In this document: positions 1-8,811 of the stretch, piece after piece | How the letters are laid out: each line of letters begins with the position of its first letter | Position numbering within the stretch: position 1 is the stretch's first letter | Source of the DNA: Pedobacter caeni | GTDB lineage: Bacteria > Bacteroidota > Bacteroidia > Sphingobacteriales > Sphingobacteriaceae | Reading direction: 5' to 3' | Assembly: GCF_900129215.1 (NCBI RefSeq) | Contig: NZ_FQUQ01000003.1 | Span: 776,029 to 808,028 of the forward strand | Length of the DNA: 32,000 nt | The notes under the pieces: model-generated | What the model saw: the letters and a program-made list of their open reading frames with translations, nothing else | The model's database searches: none | Told to the model about the DNA's origin: nothing | Translations under genes and position numbers: made by a program

Positions 1-90
1 TTCGTGCTGATCATGAAGAATAAATCAAGGAACAGCCTCAGTCTGGACCCTGATGACCCAATGAATAAAAACCTGCTGGCAATAAAATAA
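1..90 (+). CDS. 3' end of an unidentified upstream CDS (partial, enters from the left edge)
   Basis: Frame 1 is open from nt 1 to the TAA at 88-90 (...FVLIMKNKSRNSLSLDPDDPMNKNLLAIK*). 29 aa is too short to assign a family. It ends 2 nt before the first ATG of the efflux adaptor ORF, which suggests the same operon. Confidence 0.3.
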   Translation, partial: FVLIMKNKSRNSLSLDPDDPMNKNLLAIK

Positions 91-140
91 AAATGAAAGC
101 ATCACCCCCGTTAACACGAGAAAAAAACAACGATATACTC

Positions 141-1262
141 ATGAAAAGCATCGAAAAATATAAATATGCCTTGCTGATGTTCCTCCCACTGGCATTTGTC
201 GCCTGTTCTTCAGAACAGCCAAAGACGAGGCAGGAAGCAGGACAACAAAATCAGCAAACAGGTACGAAAACAGAAGTTAAGGCCGGGCTTCCAAAACCAC
301 AGTTTGTAAAACCAATGCTGGAGCAACCGGTATATCAGCTTTCTCTGCCAGGAGAGCTGAGGCCCTACGAAGAGGTCACGATTTATCCCAAGATCAAAGG
401 TTTTGTAAAAAAGATCTTTGTCGACAGGGGAAGCAAAGTGAAAAAAGGACAATTACTGGCGCTGCTGGAAGCTCCGGAAGTGGCACAGCGCTACCAGTCT
501 GCAAGATCCGATGAGCAAAAATCTTATGAAGATTACCGCTACAGCAGACAATCTTATGAGCGACTAAAAAAGGCTGCAATGAAGAGCGGAGCGGTTGCAG
601 CAATAGAACTGGATAAAGCAATGAGTAAATTAAAAGGAGATAGCGCAGCTTATGCTGCAGTAAAATCCAATACCCTGGTATCCGATCAACTGCAACAGTA
701 CCTGAGCATAAGGGCTCCTTTTGATGGAACAGTAATGGATAAAAATGTCTCCGTAGGGGCGCTTGTCGGAGAGAACAATACCATGCCGATGTTCTCCATT
801 GTACAGAACGACCGCCTGAGGTTAACAATAGCCATCCCTGAAAAACACAGCCAGTCGATCTCAAAAGAGACAAAGGCTTCCTTTACCGTCAGTGCATTGC
901 CGGGCAAAACCTTTCATGCGCTCCTTTCCAGAAACGGAGAATTCCTGCAACAGAAACTAAGATCAGTAACTGCAGAATTTGATGTGGTCAATAAAGACCT
1001 GCTTTTGGGTGGAGGAGAATATGCACAGGTGAATCTGCAAATGCGCCGTCCGGAAGCCACTTTCTGGCTGCCTGCAACTAGTGTGGTACAGGCACAGTCC
1101 GGAGTGTTCATTGTGAAACTGGAGGGGAAGCTCATTAAAAGGATCCCCGTAATGCCCGGCATTCGTAAAGGAGAACTTATTGAGGTGTTCGGGGCCTTAC
1201 ATATCGAAGATCAGATCCTGAAAAAGGGCACTGAAGAGTGGAAAGACGGTCAAAAGATCTAA
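141..1262 (+). CDS. Efflux transporter periplasmic adaptor subunit (RND/MFP, HlyD-like) lipoprotein
   Basis: ORF 93..1262. The region from 'LSLPGELRPYEEVTIYPKIKGFVKKIFVDRGSKVKKGQLLALLEAPE' onward reads as a biotin-lipoyl-like hairpin, a coiled-coil and a beta-barrel, as in membrane-fusion proteins. The inner ATG at 141 gives a lipoprotein signal (MKSIEKYKYALLMFLPLAFVAC). The ATG at 93 is an alternative start. Confidence 0.85.
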   Translation: MKSIEKYKYALLMFLPLAFVACSSEQPKTRQEAGQQNQQTGTKTEVKAGLPKPQFVKPMLEQPVYQLSLPGELRPYEEVTIYPKIKGFVKKIFVDRGSKVKKGQLLALLEAPEVAQRYQSARSDEQKSYEDYRYSRQSYERLKKAAMKSGAVAAIELDKAMSKLKGDSAAYAAVKSNTLVSDQLQQYLSIRAPFDGTVMDKNVSVGALVGENNTMPMFSIVQNDRLRLTIAIPEKHSQSISKETKASFTVSALPGKTFHALLSRNGEFLQQKLRSVTAEFDVVNKDLLLGGGEYAQVNLQMRRPEATFWLPATSVVQAQSGVFIVKLEGKLIKRIPVMPGIRKGELIEVFGALHIEDQILKKGTEEWKDGQKI

Positions 1263-1296
1263 TCAGATTAAAGATCAGCTACGAATGAATTAAAGA

Positions 1297-1344
1297 TTGC
1301 GGGAATGCCTCAGATTTCTGAGGATCATTTCCGCAATTTTATTT
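1297..1344 (+). terminator. Rho-independent terminator after the efflux adaptor gene
   Basis: Long imperfect stem: 1297-1313 pairs with 1318-1336. The core is CCTCAG/CTGAGG with an ATTT loop and a 2-nt bulge. It is followed by TTTTATTTAT. Confidence 0.75.
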
Positions 1345-1412
1345 ATAAGATCTAAAATTACACTTTTTGTTATTTTTATGTTAGCTTCGTTTCAAACTTT
1401 CTAACCAAACTT

Positions 1413-1988
1413 GTGAACGCTAATCATTTAACTCCGGACGATGATCTCATCCTGCTGCTTAGGCAAGGTGATGAATTAGCTTTTACAGAAATCTACAACC
1501 AATATTGGGATAAACTCTATTACATCGCCCATAAACTTTTAAAAGATACGGATGCTGCCGAAGAAATTGTTCAGGACGTATTTCTGGTACTTTGGAAAAA
1601 GAGGGAAACCCTGAATATCCAATCCATTTCATCCTACCTTGCAGCCATGACGCGTTATGCGGTATTTCGCTACCTCTCTAAAGAGAAACGCTCCCGTCAA
1701 CAGGAAAATATTGTAGGCTTATTAACAGCCAATGCGACTTCGGAGATAGAAATTGACCATAAAATTTTGCTGGAGATCATTACAGAACTCTCTAATAAAC
1801 TTCCTGAAAAATGCAGACTTGTATTTCAATACAATAAGCTACAGGACCAGTCGCTGGCCGAGGTGGCTGCCCAACTCAACATCTCCCAGAAAACGGCAGA
1901 AGCTCACCTCACCAAAGCACTCCGCATCATCCGATCCAACGTTGGTGATGTACTGAACTTCCTGATCGTGTTCCACTTATTCCGTTAA
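1413..1988 (+). CDS. ECF-type RNA polymerase sigma-70 family factor
   Basis: GTG start. Sigma-70 region 2 ('AFTEIYNQYWDKLYYIAHKLLKDTDAAEEIVQDVFLVLW') and region 4 HTH ('QSLAEVAAQLNISQKTAEAHLTKALRIIR'). About 190 aa, followed by a FecR-type gene. Confidence 0.9.
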   Translation: MNANHLTPDDDLILLLRQGDELAFTEIYNQYWDKLYYIAHKLLKDTDAAEEIVQDVFLVLWKKRETLNIQSISSYLAAMTRYAVFRYLSKEKRSRQQENIVGLLTANATSEIEIDHKILLEIITELSNKLPEKCRLVFQYNKLQDQSLAEVAAQLNISQKTAEAHLTKALRIIRSNVGDVLNFLIVFHLFR

Positions 1989-2113
1989 AATATTACCCGA
2001 TTCTACTCAGCCTGACACCTTAAAAGTTTGCTGATCTAACAGAAAATCTTTCCAACCCATATCCCTGTATTTCATTTGAATCTTCGTTTAACATGATCAT
2101 CATCTGTTTAGGC

Positions 2114-2142
2114 TTCATCAACCTGAAAACAGGATTGATGAA
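2114..2142 (+). other. Stem-loop in the sigma / anti-sigma intergenic gap
   Basis: TTCATCAACCTG aaaa CAGGATTGATGAA, about 11 bp with one bulge and an A/T-rich tail. It could be a weak terminator or an RNA processing element. The function is not established. Confidence 0.35.
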
Positions 2143-2227
2143 TTAAAATAAAAAATTATTGATTTTGACTAAGGGTGTTTTGTTCCCAGTTGACTCTATA
2201 AGAGAAAAAAGGGTTATAAAAATTCAG

Positions 2228-3211
2228 ATGGATAGGAACGAACTCAAAAAATTGGCGCAGAAATACCTTCAGGGAAACGCCAGTGATGAAGAAAAAGCAC
2301 TGCTGAACCAATGGTACGATACCATTGAGGATGGCTGGGTAGAAAATGTTCCTACCAAAAGGCCGGAAACAGAGGATCAGGTTAAACAACGGATCTTTGA
2401 TAACCTGAAAGATAAAGGTTTCCTTCAAACAGAAGAAGAAGCCGAATATCCGGTTCGCCGCTTTTCAATGAAAAGACTGCTGATGAGAATAACAGCTGCC
2501 GCTGCGGTTTTGGCCGCTGTTTTCTTTGGCTGGCAATTCATGAACTCCCGGTCTGAATCTGCTGTAAAAAAACTAGTAAGCGTTCCTGGCAATAAAATCA
2601 TAGAAATCACTTTACCGGATAGTTCAAAAGTATGGCTCAATGCAGGATCTGTATTTAAGTATCCCAAGCAGTTTGACGAAAAAAACCGTACGGTAGAATT
2701 GATCGAAGGCCGTGCCTTTTTCGAGGTAAAACACAGAAATAAACACCCTTTTATCGTAAAAACCAATAGCCTGAACGTGGTTGTGCTGGGCACTTCATTT
2801 GATGTCAGAGCTTACAAAAAAGAAGGGACCACAAAAGTAAGTGTGGTAACCGGAAAAGTGGGAATTACCATGAAGGATGCGGTGAAAAAGCCAGCCGTGA
2901 TGTTGCTTCCCAAAGAACAGGTGGTGCTTAGCAATATTAAAAATCATTTGATTAAAGCTGTAGCCCCTGAAATTGCCGTAAATGCCTGGTGCAATAGCAA
3001 ACTGGTATTTGAACAGGAAACACTAAGAAACGTATTCTCTGTCCTGGAGAAAAAGCATCACCTGAAAATCATTACTGAAAACCCTGCATTGCTGGACGAA
3101 AGAATCTCCATTACCCTTGGAGATCAGAACCTGGCTGTGACGATGGATATCCTAAGCTTTACCAAACATTTTAAATACCAAATGGCCAATGACAACATAA
3201 TCATCAGATAG
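2228..3211 (+). CDS. FecR family anti-sigma factor / transmembrane sensor
   Basis: ORF 2159..3211. The inner ATG at 2228 gives the typical N-terminus 'MDRNELKKLAQKYLQGNASDEEKALLNQWY'. There is a single TM segment (ITAAAAVLAAVFFGWQF), then a FecR domain ('VWLNAGSVFKYP...ELIEGRAFFEV...PFIVKT') and a C-terminal DUF4974-like part. Confidence 0.9.
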   Translation: MDRNELKKLAQKYLQGNASDEEKALLNQWYDTIEDGWVENVPTKRPETEDQVKQRIFDNLKDKGFLQTEEEAEYPVRRFSMKRLLMRITAAAAVLAAVFFGWQFMNSRSESAVKKLVSVPGNKIIEITLPDSSKVWLNAGSVFKYPKQFDEKNRTVELIEGRAFFEVKHRNKHPFIVKTNSLNVVVLGTSFDVRAYKKEGTTKVSVVTGKVGITMKDAVKKPAVMLLPKEQVVLSNIKNHLIKAVAPEIAVNAWCNSKLVFEQETLRNVFSVLEKKHHLKIITENPALLDERISITLGDQNLAVTMDILSFTKHFKYQMANDNIIIR

Positions 3212-3218
3212 ATCTTCC

Positions 3219-3235
3219 TTCTTAGCAGCTAAGAA
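3219..3235. promoter_or_regulatory. Perfect palindrome TTCTTAGC-A-GCTAAGAA just after the anti-sigma stop and upstream of susC-like gene 1
   Basis: An 8+1+8 nt perfect inverted repeat read directly from the sequence, followed by an A-run rather than a T-run. It may be a protein-binding site or a small hairpin. A GGGAAC motif at 3244-3249 could be an ECF -35-like element, but that is speculative. Confidence 0.3.
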
Positions 3236-3342
3236 AGAAAAAACCGGGAACAGAACCTGCCCCCGGAATAAGGTAGCCACTGTATACATGCTTGAGACCC
3301 ATAGACAGTAGGCTGTAGTTTAAAAATTAAACCAAAACAAAT

Positions 3343-6300
3343 ATGATGAATTTTTACGGCAAAGCATTGCCTATATTCCGAAAATGCATGCGCATTTCTA
3401 CAATTATTATTGGCATACAAGTGTGTTTTTCGACACTCCTGATGGCTAAGCACATCAAGGCTCAGGAAATGAGCTTTAAAGTAGTCAAAGCAAGCGTCAA
3501 ACAAGTCTTCAAAAAGATAGAACAACAGGCAAACGTTACTTTTGTATATGACGAACAGGTATTGGGCCGCCTGCCTAATCTTACCCTTAATTTTAAAAAC
3601 GAACAACTTTCGGAGGTTTTAAAAAGCCTTCGCGAGAAAACCTCGCTGGAATTCAAATTAGTGGGTAACTATATCGGCGTAGCAGAAAATGCAGCCAGTA
3701 TGCCTAACCTTAGCCTGTCTTCTGCTGCAAATAGCAACCGCATAAAAATAAATGGGGTCATAAGGGATGCAACCGGACAGCCGCTAATCGGAGTCAGCGT
3801 GAAGGTCAAAGGAACTCAGATTGGCGCAAGTACCAATTCCAGCGGACAATTTTCGATTGATGCAAATATTGGTGATGTCCTGGAAGTTAGCTATTTAGGG
3901 TATATCACTAAACAAGTGACCATTACCAGCCCTGCCGCATTAAGTGTATTATTGGATGAAGATTCAAAACTCCTGAGTGAAGTTGTCGTTACTGCACTGG
4001 GTATCAAAAAAGAGAAAAAAGCCCTGGGATACTCCGTTACTGAAGTAAAAGGAGAAGAACTGACGCAGGCCAGAGAAAACAATGTGATCAACTCACTGGT
4101 AGGTAAAGTGGCTGGTCTGAATGTCAATTCTATTGCAGGTGGTGTAGGTGCTTCGTCCAATGTCATCATCCGGGGGGTTTCCAGTATTTCGCAAACCAAT
4201 CAGCCATTATACGTGGTCAATGGAATCCCAATGGAAAACAGGATCACCAGTCCGGCAGGAAGTCAGTACGACAATACCCCGGATCTTGGAGATGCAATAG
4301 GTAACCTTAACCCGGATGATATTGAAACGGTTTCCGTTTTAAAAGGAGCAGCAGCTTCCGCCTTATATGGCTCCCGTGGTAAAGCAGGGGTGATTCTAAT
4401 CACCACCAAAAGTGGTAAAGGGAATTCGATCGAATTCAATTCCAATTTTGTGCTGGAGAAAGTAATGGATATGACCGATTGGCAATATACCTACGGACTG
4501 GGAGCTAATGGGAAAAAACCAGCCAATCAGTTGGAGGCCAGACAAACAGGTCAGAGCAACTGGGGAGAAAGACTGGACGGAAGCAATGTGATTCAGTTTG
4601 ATGGGGTTTCCCGCCCTTATGTGGCCCAGAAAAATAACATGGAGAATTTCTTCCGTACTGGTTCCACGTCTACCAATACCCTGGCTTTAAATAAAAGCTT
4701 CGATGGAGGATCTGTCCGCTTTTCTGCAAGTAACCTGACAAATAAAGCAATTACACCTAATTCAGGCCTGAACAGACAATCTTTTAACCTGAATGGAAAC
4801 TACAATATCAGTAAAAATTTTACGGTAGATGCCAGAGCAAACTACATTCTGGAACAAGCAAAAAACCGCCCTTTTTTAAGCGATGGAGCAGGGAATTCCA
4901 GCTATAATATCACTTTATTACCAACTAGTTTAGATGTCAATGTACTAAAAAGAGCGGTAGACGACGATGGAAAGGAGTTTGCTTATTCAGGGAATTCATT
5001 TGCAACCAATCCATGGTTTGCAGCTAATAAATTCATTAACAATACCAAGAGAGAACGCTTGCTTTCTTCTGTAAGCCTGCGCTATAATTTCGACAATGGA
5101 GCATTCATTCAGGGACGTGCCGGACGAGACGCTTATAACGATCGATATACCAGTGTGGTTCCTTCAGGAACAGCTTACCGTCCAAATGGAACAATCATCG
5201 AAACTTCTACTAAATTTTCTGATATCAATACCGATGTGCTGTTAGGCAAGTCTTTTAAAGTCAGTGATTTTACGATCAGCCCGAATATTGGTGGAAGTTA
5301 CAGAAGAACGAAGTCTGAAATCATTACCCTGACAGGGAATAACTTCGCCGTTCCTTATGTATATGTGATTTCAAATGCCAAAATACAGGAAACGCCTAAA
5401 TATATTCCTTCGGAAAGTGTAGTAAGTTCCCTTTATGCTACTTTAGATTTGAGCTACAAAAATTTCCTCTATTTAAATAGTTCCATTCGTAACGATTGGT
5501 ATTCTACCTTAGCTACACCAGGTAAAAACAACAAACTGGACGCGTTGTATCCATCGGTAAATGCTTCATTTGTCTTCTCTGAAGTATTAAAACAGGACTG
5601 GCTAAGCTTTGGTAAACTTCGTGCGGGTTTTGCTCAGGTAGGACAGGCAACAGATCCTTACCAGACACAACTTGCGTATAATTTTAATAATGCAACATTA
5701 AATGGAAAACCACTTGGTGTAATCGCCAATGGATATGTTCCCAACTCCGGACTTAAAGCTTCGATTGCTTCTGAGTTTGAAATCGGTACTGAAGTTCGCT
5801 TCTTAAGCAACCGTTTAACACTGGACCTGACCTGGTATAACAAGAAATCTAAAGATGAAATTGTAAAGGCACCAGCTTCCATCGCTTCCGGATATGCAGG
5901 AGCAATTCTGAATATCGGGGAGTTAAGAAACACAGGTATAGAAGCCCTGATTTCAGGTATTCCTGTACAGACTAAAGACTTCCGCTGGACCACTACATTG
6001 AATGGGTCTGTGAACAACAATACCGTTGTTTCTTTGTCGCCGGGACAAACCATTCTTCCTGGTGGAACTTCACGTACAGGTGATGCCTTCACTCAAAATA
6101 TAGTAGGCTTGCCATATGGTCAGGTGATGGCTTTTGATTATCAATATGATGCTAATGGTAATGTCGTACTTAAAGACGGTGTCCCTCAAAGAGGGCTGCT
6201 GAAAGCGTATGGTTCAGCATATGCTAAATATGTAGCAGGTTGGAATAACGAATTCAGCTATAAAGGAGTAAACCTATCCTTCCTGATTGACAGTAAGTTT

Positions 6301-6687
6301 GGTGGTAAAATTTTCTCGGCAACAGATCAATACGCTTATAACTTCGGTTTACATAAAGGAACATTGGCAAGACGGGACGAACTGGGAGAAGGTGCAGCGA
6401 AGTACTATGAGACAGCTACATCTAATGTATCTGGTACACTTGTTCAGAGTTCAGACTTCATCAAGTTACGTCAGGTAATGCTGGGCTATACCTTTCCCGG
6501 CAAGTTGTTTAATAACGTCATTAAAGGAGCAACACTTAGTGCCGTTGGCCGTAACCTCTTTTACCTGAAAAAGAAAACAGATAACATCGATCCGGAATCT
6601 GACTATTCGATAAATGCAAAAGGATTAGAGTTAGGTGGCGTTCCTCCTGTGAGGACTTTCGGTCTTAACCTGAGTGTGAAATTCTAA
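3343..6687 (+). CDS. SusC/RagA family TonB-linked outer membrane transporter with an N-terminal STN signalling domain (anti-sigma coupled)
   Basis: 1114 aa. It has a signal peptide and an STN-type extension ('FKVVKASVKQVFKKIEQQANVTFVYDEQVLG...LNFKNEQLSEVLKSL'). It also has a CarboxypepD_reg-like domain ('INGVIRDATGQPLIGVSVKVKGT'), a plug ('VVVTALGIKKEKKALGYSV') and a beta-barrel ending in '...FGLNLSVKF'. Confidence 0.95.
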   Translation: MMNFYGKALPIFRKCMRISTIIIGIQVCFSTLLMAKHIKAQEMSFKVVKASVKQVFKKIEQQANVTFVYDEQVLGRLPNLTLNFKNEQLSEVLKSLREKTSLEFKLVGNYIGVAENAASMPNLSLSSAANSNRIKINGVIRDATGQPLIGVSVKVKGTQIGASTNSSGQFSIDANIGDVLEVSYLGYITKQVTITSPAALSVLLDEDSKLLSEVVVTALGIKKEKKALGYSVTEVKGEELTQARENNVINSLVGKVAGLNVNSIAGGVGASSNVIIRGVSSISQTNQPLYVVNGIPMENRITSPAGSQYDNTPDLGDAIGNLNPDDIETVSVLKGAAASALYGSRGKAGVILITTKSGKGNSIEFNSNFVLEKVMDMTDWQYTYGLGANGKKPANQLEARQTGQSNWGERLDGSNVIQFDGVSRPYVAQKNNMENFFRTGSTSTNTLALNKSFDGGSVRFSASNLTNKAITPNSGLNRQSFNLNGNYNISKNFTVDARANYILEQAKNRPFLSDGAGNSSYNITLLPTSLDVNVLKRAVDDDGKEFAYSGNSFATNPWFAANKFINNTKRERLLSSVSLRYNFDNGAFIQGRAGRDAYNDRYTSVVPSGTAYRPNGTIIETSTKFSDINTDVLLGKSFKVSDFTISPNIGGSYRRTKSEIITLTGNNFAVPYVYVISNAKIQETPKYIPSESVVSSLYATLDLSYKNFLYLNSSIRNDWYSTLATPGKNNKLDALYPSVNASFVFSEVLKQDWLSFGKLRAGFAQVGQATDPYQTQLAYNFNNATLNGKPLGVIANGYVPNSGLKASIASEFEIGTEVRFLSNRLTLDLTWYNKKSKDEIVKAPASIASGYAGAILNIGELRNTGIEALISGIPVQTKDFRWTTTLNGSVNNNTVVSLSPGQTILPGGTSRTGDAFTQNIVGLPYGQVMAFDYQYDANGNVVLKDGVPQRGLLKAYGSAYAKYVAGWNNEFSYKGVNLSFLIDSKFGGKIFSATDQYAYNFGLHKGTLARRDELGEGAAKYYETATSNVSGTLVQSSDFIKLRQVMLGYTFPGKLFNNVIKGATLSAVGRNLFYLKKKTDNIDPESDYSINAKGLELGGVPPVRTFGLNLSVKF

Positions 6688-6741
6688 ATGAATGGTGATT
6701 TATTAAATCATCCTAACAGTTACAAAGCAAAGAATATTGAT

Positions 6742-8352
6742 ATGAAAAAGAATATTAAATCAACGATATTGGTTTTAATCTGCCTGCTGACAGTGACCGG
6801 CTGCAGAAAAAACTTTGAAAAGATAAATACTGACCCGTCTACCTATAATCCCGAAAATTTTGATCCGAATTATACCCTTACCAGTGCACAATTGGGTTAT
6901 TCGGGAAGCGTAGATTTAGGTTATGAAACCTGGAGAGCCAATTTAATCTATTCGGCTACTATGATTCAGGGTCTTTCCTCTGTGATCGGTTACTGGGCTG
7001 GGGATAAGTATTTACTGGATGCCAGATATACTGCCGCCTATTGGGGATTTCCCGATGGGACGCCTACGGGAGGTGTGGGTGCTTATCCTGAACAGGTCAG
7101 ACCAATTACAGATGTGATGATGGTCACAAAGGATAAGCCTAAGTACAAGAATTTGCATCAGATCTCACGTATTATGAGAGCGATGATTTTTCAGCGGATT
7201 ACTGACTTGTATGGTGATGTTCCTTACTCTGATGCCGGTGTGGGATATTATGAACAAAAGTATTACCCGAAATATGATAAGCAGCAAGACATTTATATGA
7301 GCTTATTGAAAGAAGTATATGAAGCAACTGCCGCTTTAGATCCTGCTGGTGATGTGGCTACAGGTGACGTGTATTATGGTGGGAACATTCAGAAATGGAA
7401 ACGTTTCGGAAATTCTTTGTTGCTGAGAATGGCGATGCGTTTGTCTAAGGTAGATCCGGCAACGGCAAAAAGCTATGTGGAGAAAGTGATAGGCAATACC
7501 ATGACGGGCAATGATGACAATGCATTTTTAACAGGTGATCCTGTTGGTGGGCGTATCACGGCAAACAGAAACAGCCAGGTGTTATTGGGAGATGGTGGAG
7601 AGGAACATTATTATGTGAAATGGTCTAATACTTTTATCAATTTTCTTAAAAGTACCGATGATCCAAGGTTAGGTAAGATTGCAGTAACTAAATTGTACCT
7701 GACTGCAGGCAGTAAAGACCAGAATCCGGGAGCAAATGCCGATCCTGCAGTTCAAAAAGGGATGCCTAATGGTAAAGACCTGAGCCAGGTGCCAAACAGA
7801 GGGATTACGCTGGAACCAGGTTATACCGGTTTACCCGAGTACTCTTCTCCAAGTGCAGCTTTGCTAAGGAGAGATGGAAAAACCTTTGTATTGACTTATG
7901 CCGAGTCAGAATTGTTGCTTGCAGATGCTGCACAACGTTTTGGCATTGCCGGAAGTGCCGCAGATCATTACCGAAATGGGGTAAAGGCAGCAATGACTTA
8001 TCTTGGACAATATGATCCTGCAGCAGCCATTTCAGAGGCAGTTGCTAATGCATACGTGGATGCACATCCATACAATGCCGCAAATGGACTGGAGATGATC
8101 AATACGCAGTATTGGGCACTGACAAATTCTAAGCTCGATTTTTATGAATCATGGGCAAACTGGAGAAGAACGGGATTCCCGGTTTTAACTCCGGTAGTAT
8201 ATCCTGGTAATGCAACCAATGGAACCATTCCAAGACGTTTCCCTTATCCTGTTTTAGAAGCAGGCTCTAATACCAAAAATTATAATGATGCAGTCTCCTC
8301 TATTCCTGGCGGAGATGTCTTAACCTCCCGTGTATGGTGGGATAAAAACTAA
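6742..8352 (+). CDS. SusD/RagB family nutrient-binding outer membrane lipoprotein
   Basis: ORF 6688..8352. The inner ATG at 6742 gives a lipoprotein signal (MKKNIKSTILVLICLLTVTGC). It lies immediately downstream of SusC. The C-terminal 'ESWANWRRTGFPVL' motif is typical of the SusD-like family. Confidence 0.9.
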   Translation: MKKNIKSTILVLICLLTVTGCRKNFEKINTDPSTYNPENFDPNYTLTSAQLGYSGSVDLGYETWRANLIYSATMIQGLSSVIGYWAGDKYLLDARYTAAYWGFPDGTPTGGVGAYPEQVRPITDVMMVTKDKPKYKNLHQISRIMRAMIFQRITDLYGDVPYSDAGVGYYEQKYYPKYDKQQDIYMSLLKEVYEATAALDPAGDVATGDVYYGGNIQKWKRFGNSLLLRMAMRLSKVDPATAKSYVEKVIGNTMTGNDDNAFLTGDPVGGRITANRNSQVLLGDGGEEHYYVKWSNTFINFLKSTDDPRLGKIAVTKLYLTAGSKDQNPGANADPAVQKGMPNGKDLSQVPNRGITLEPGYTGLPEYSSPSAALLRRDGKTFVLTYAESELLLADAAQRFGIAGSAADHYRNGVKAAMTYLGQYDPAAAISEAVANAYVDAHPYNAANGLEMINTQYWALTNSKLDFYESWANWRRTGFPVLTPVVYPGNATNGTIPRRFPYPVLEAGSNTKNYNDAVSSIPGGDVLTSRVWWDKN

Positions 8353-8373
8353 TTCCCGTACGCTCTCAATTTC

Positions 8374-8402
8374 AAATCCCTGCTTCGGCGGGGATTTTTT
8401 TG
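8374..8402 (+). terminator. Rho-independent terminator after susD-like gene 1
   Basis: AAATCCCTGC ttcg GCGGGGATTT: a 10-bp stem with one G.U pair and a UUCG tetraloop, running into a T-run at 8395-8401. Confidence 0.85.
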
Positions 8403-8411
8403 TTAAAAGGA

Positions 8412-8445
8412 AAACGGGAATAAGTCCTCCGACTTACCCCCGTTT
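8412..8445. other. Second stable stem-loop directly after the terminator
   Basis: AAACGGG aa TAAGTC ctcc GACTTA cc CCCGTTT: 7 + 6 bp with an internal loop and no U-tail on the + strand. Role unknown. Confidence 0.4.
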
Positions 8446-8700
8446 AAATTAACGCTCTCAAGGACAAATGTAAAAATAAATTTAATGTTAGAACACGGGA
8501 TTTTAAATTATTGAATTAAGATTACAATTTGAAAACGAGGCAGATAGGGTCAAATGATCGTGTAAAATGATAAAATATTCGTTTTTGACTATGGTTTGGC
8601 GGTTTTTGTAAATGATGAAGCTTTCTACCGCCTGATTCTGGAATTTTTAAAATAAGATCGTCTTTGCCGATTTAATCTTGTTTCAGCACTTAACCTCTTA

Positions 8701-8746
8701 CAATCAGTGTTTTGCCTGATTGTCAAAAACGCTGAACGTTTTGACA
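8701..8746. promoter_or_regulatory. Two abutting inverted repeats upstream of the fucosidase gene (candidate operator or leader structure)
   Basis: IR-1 is CAATCAG(8701-8707)/CTGATTG(8716-8722). IR-2 is TGTCAAAAACG(8721-8731)/CGTTTTGACA(8737-8746). They lie 66-110 nt upstream of the ATG at 8812. Confidence 0.35.
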
Positions 8747-8811
8747 AAAAAATAAAACCTTTTATAGGGAAATCCAGCGTCCTTTGTTTAAACCACCAAA
8801 TAAACCTGAAC

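Noticed and set aside
8741-8768. E. coli-like sigma-70 promoter (TTGACA at 8741-8746, 16-nt spacer, TATAGG at 8763-8768) upstream of the fucosidase gene
   Set aside because: Bacteroidota primary sigma factors use a different consensus (-33 TTTG / -7 TAnnTTTG). The TTGACA is part of the inverted repeat, so the resemblance is probably coincidental. I report the inverted repeats instead.
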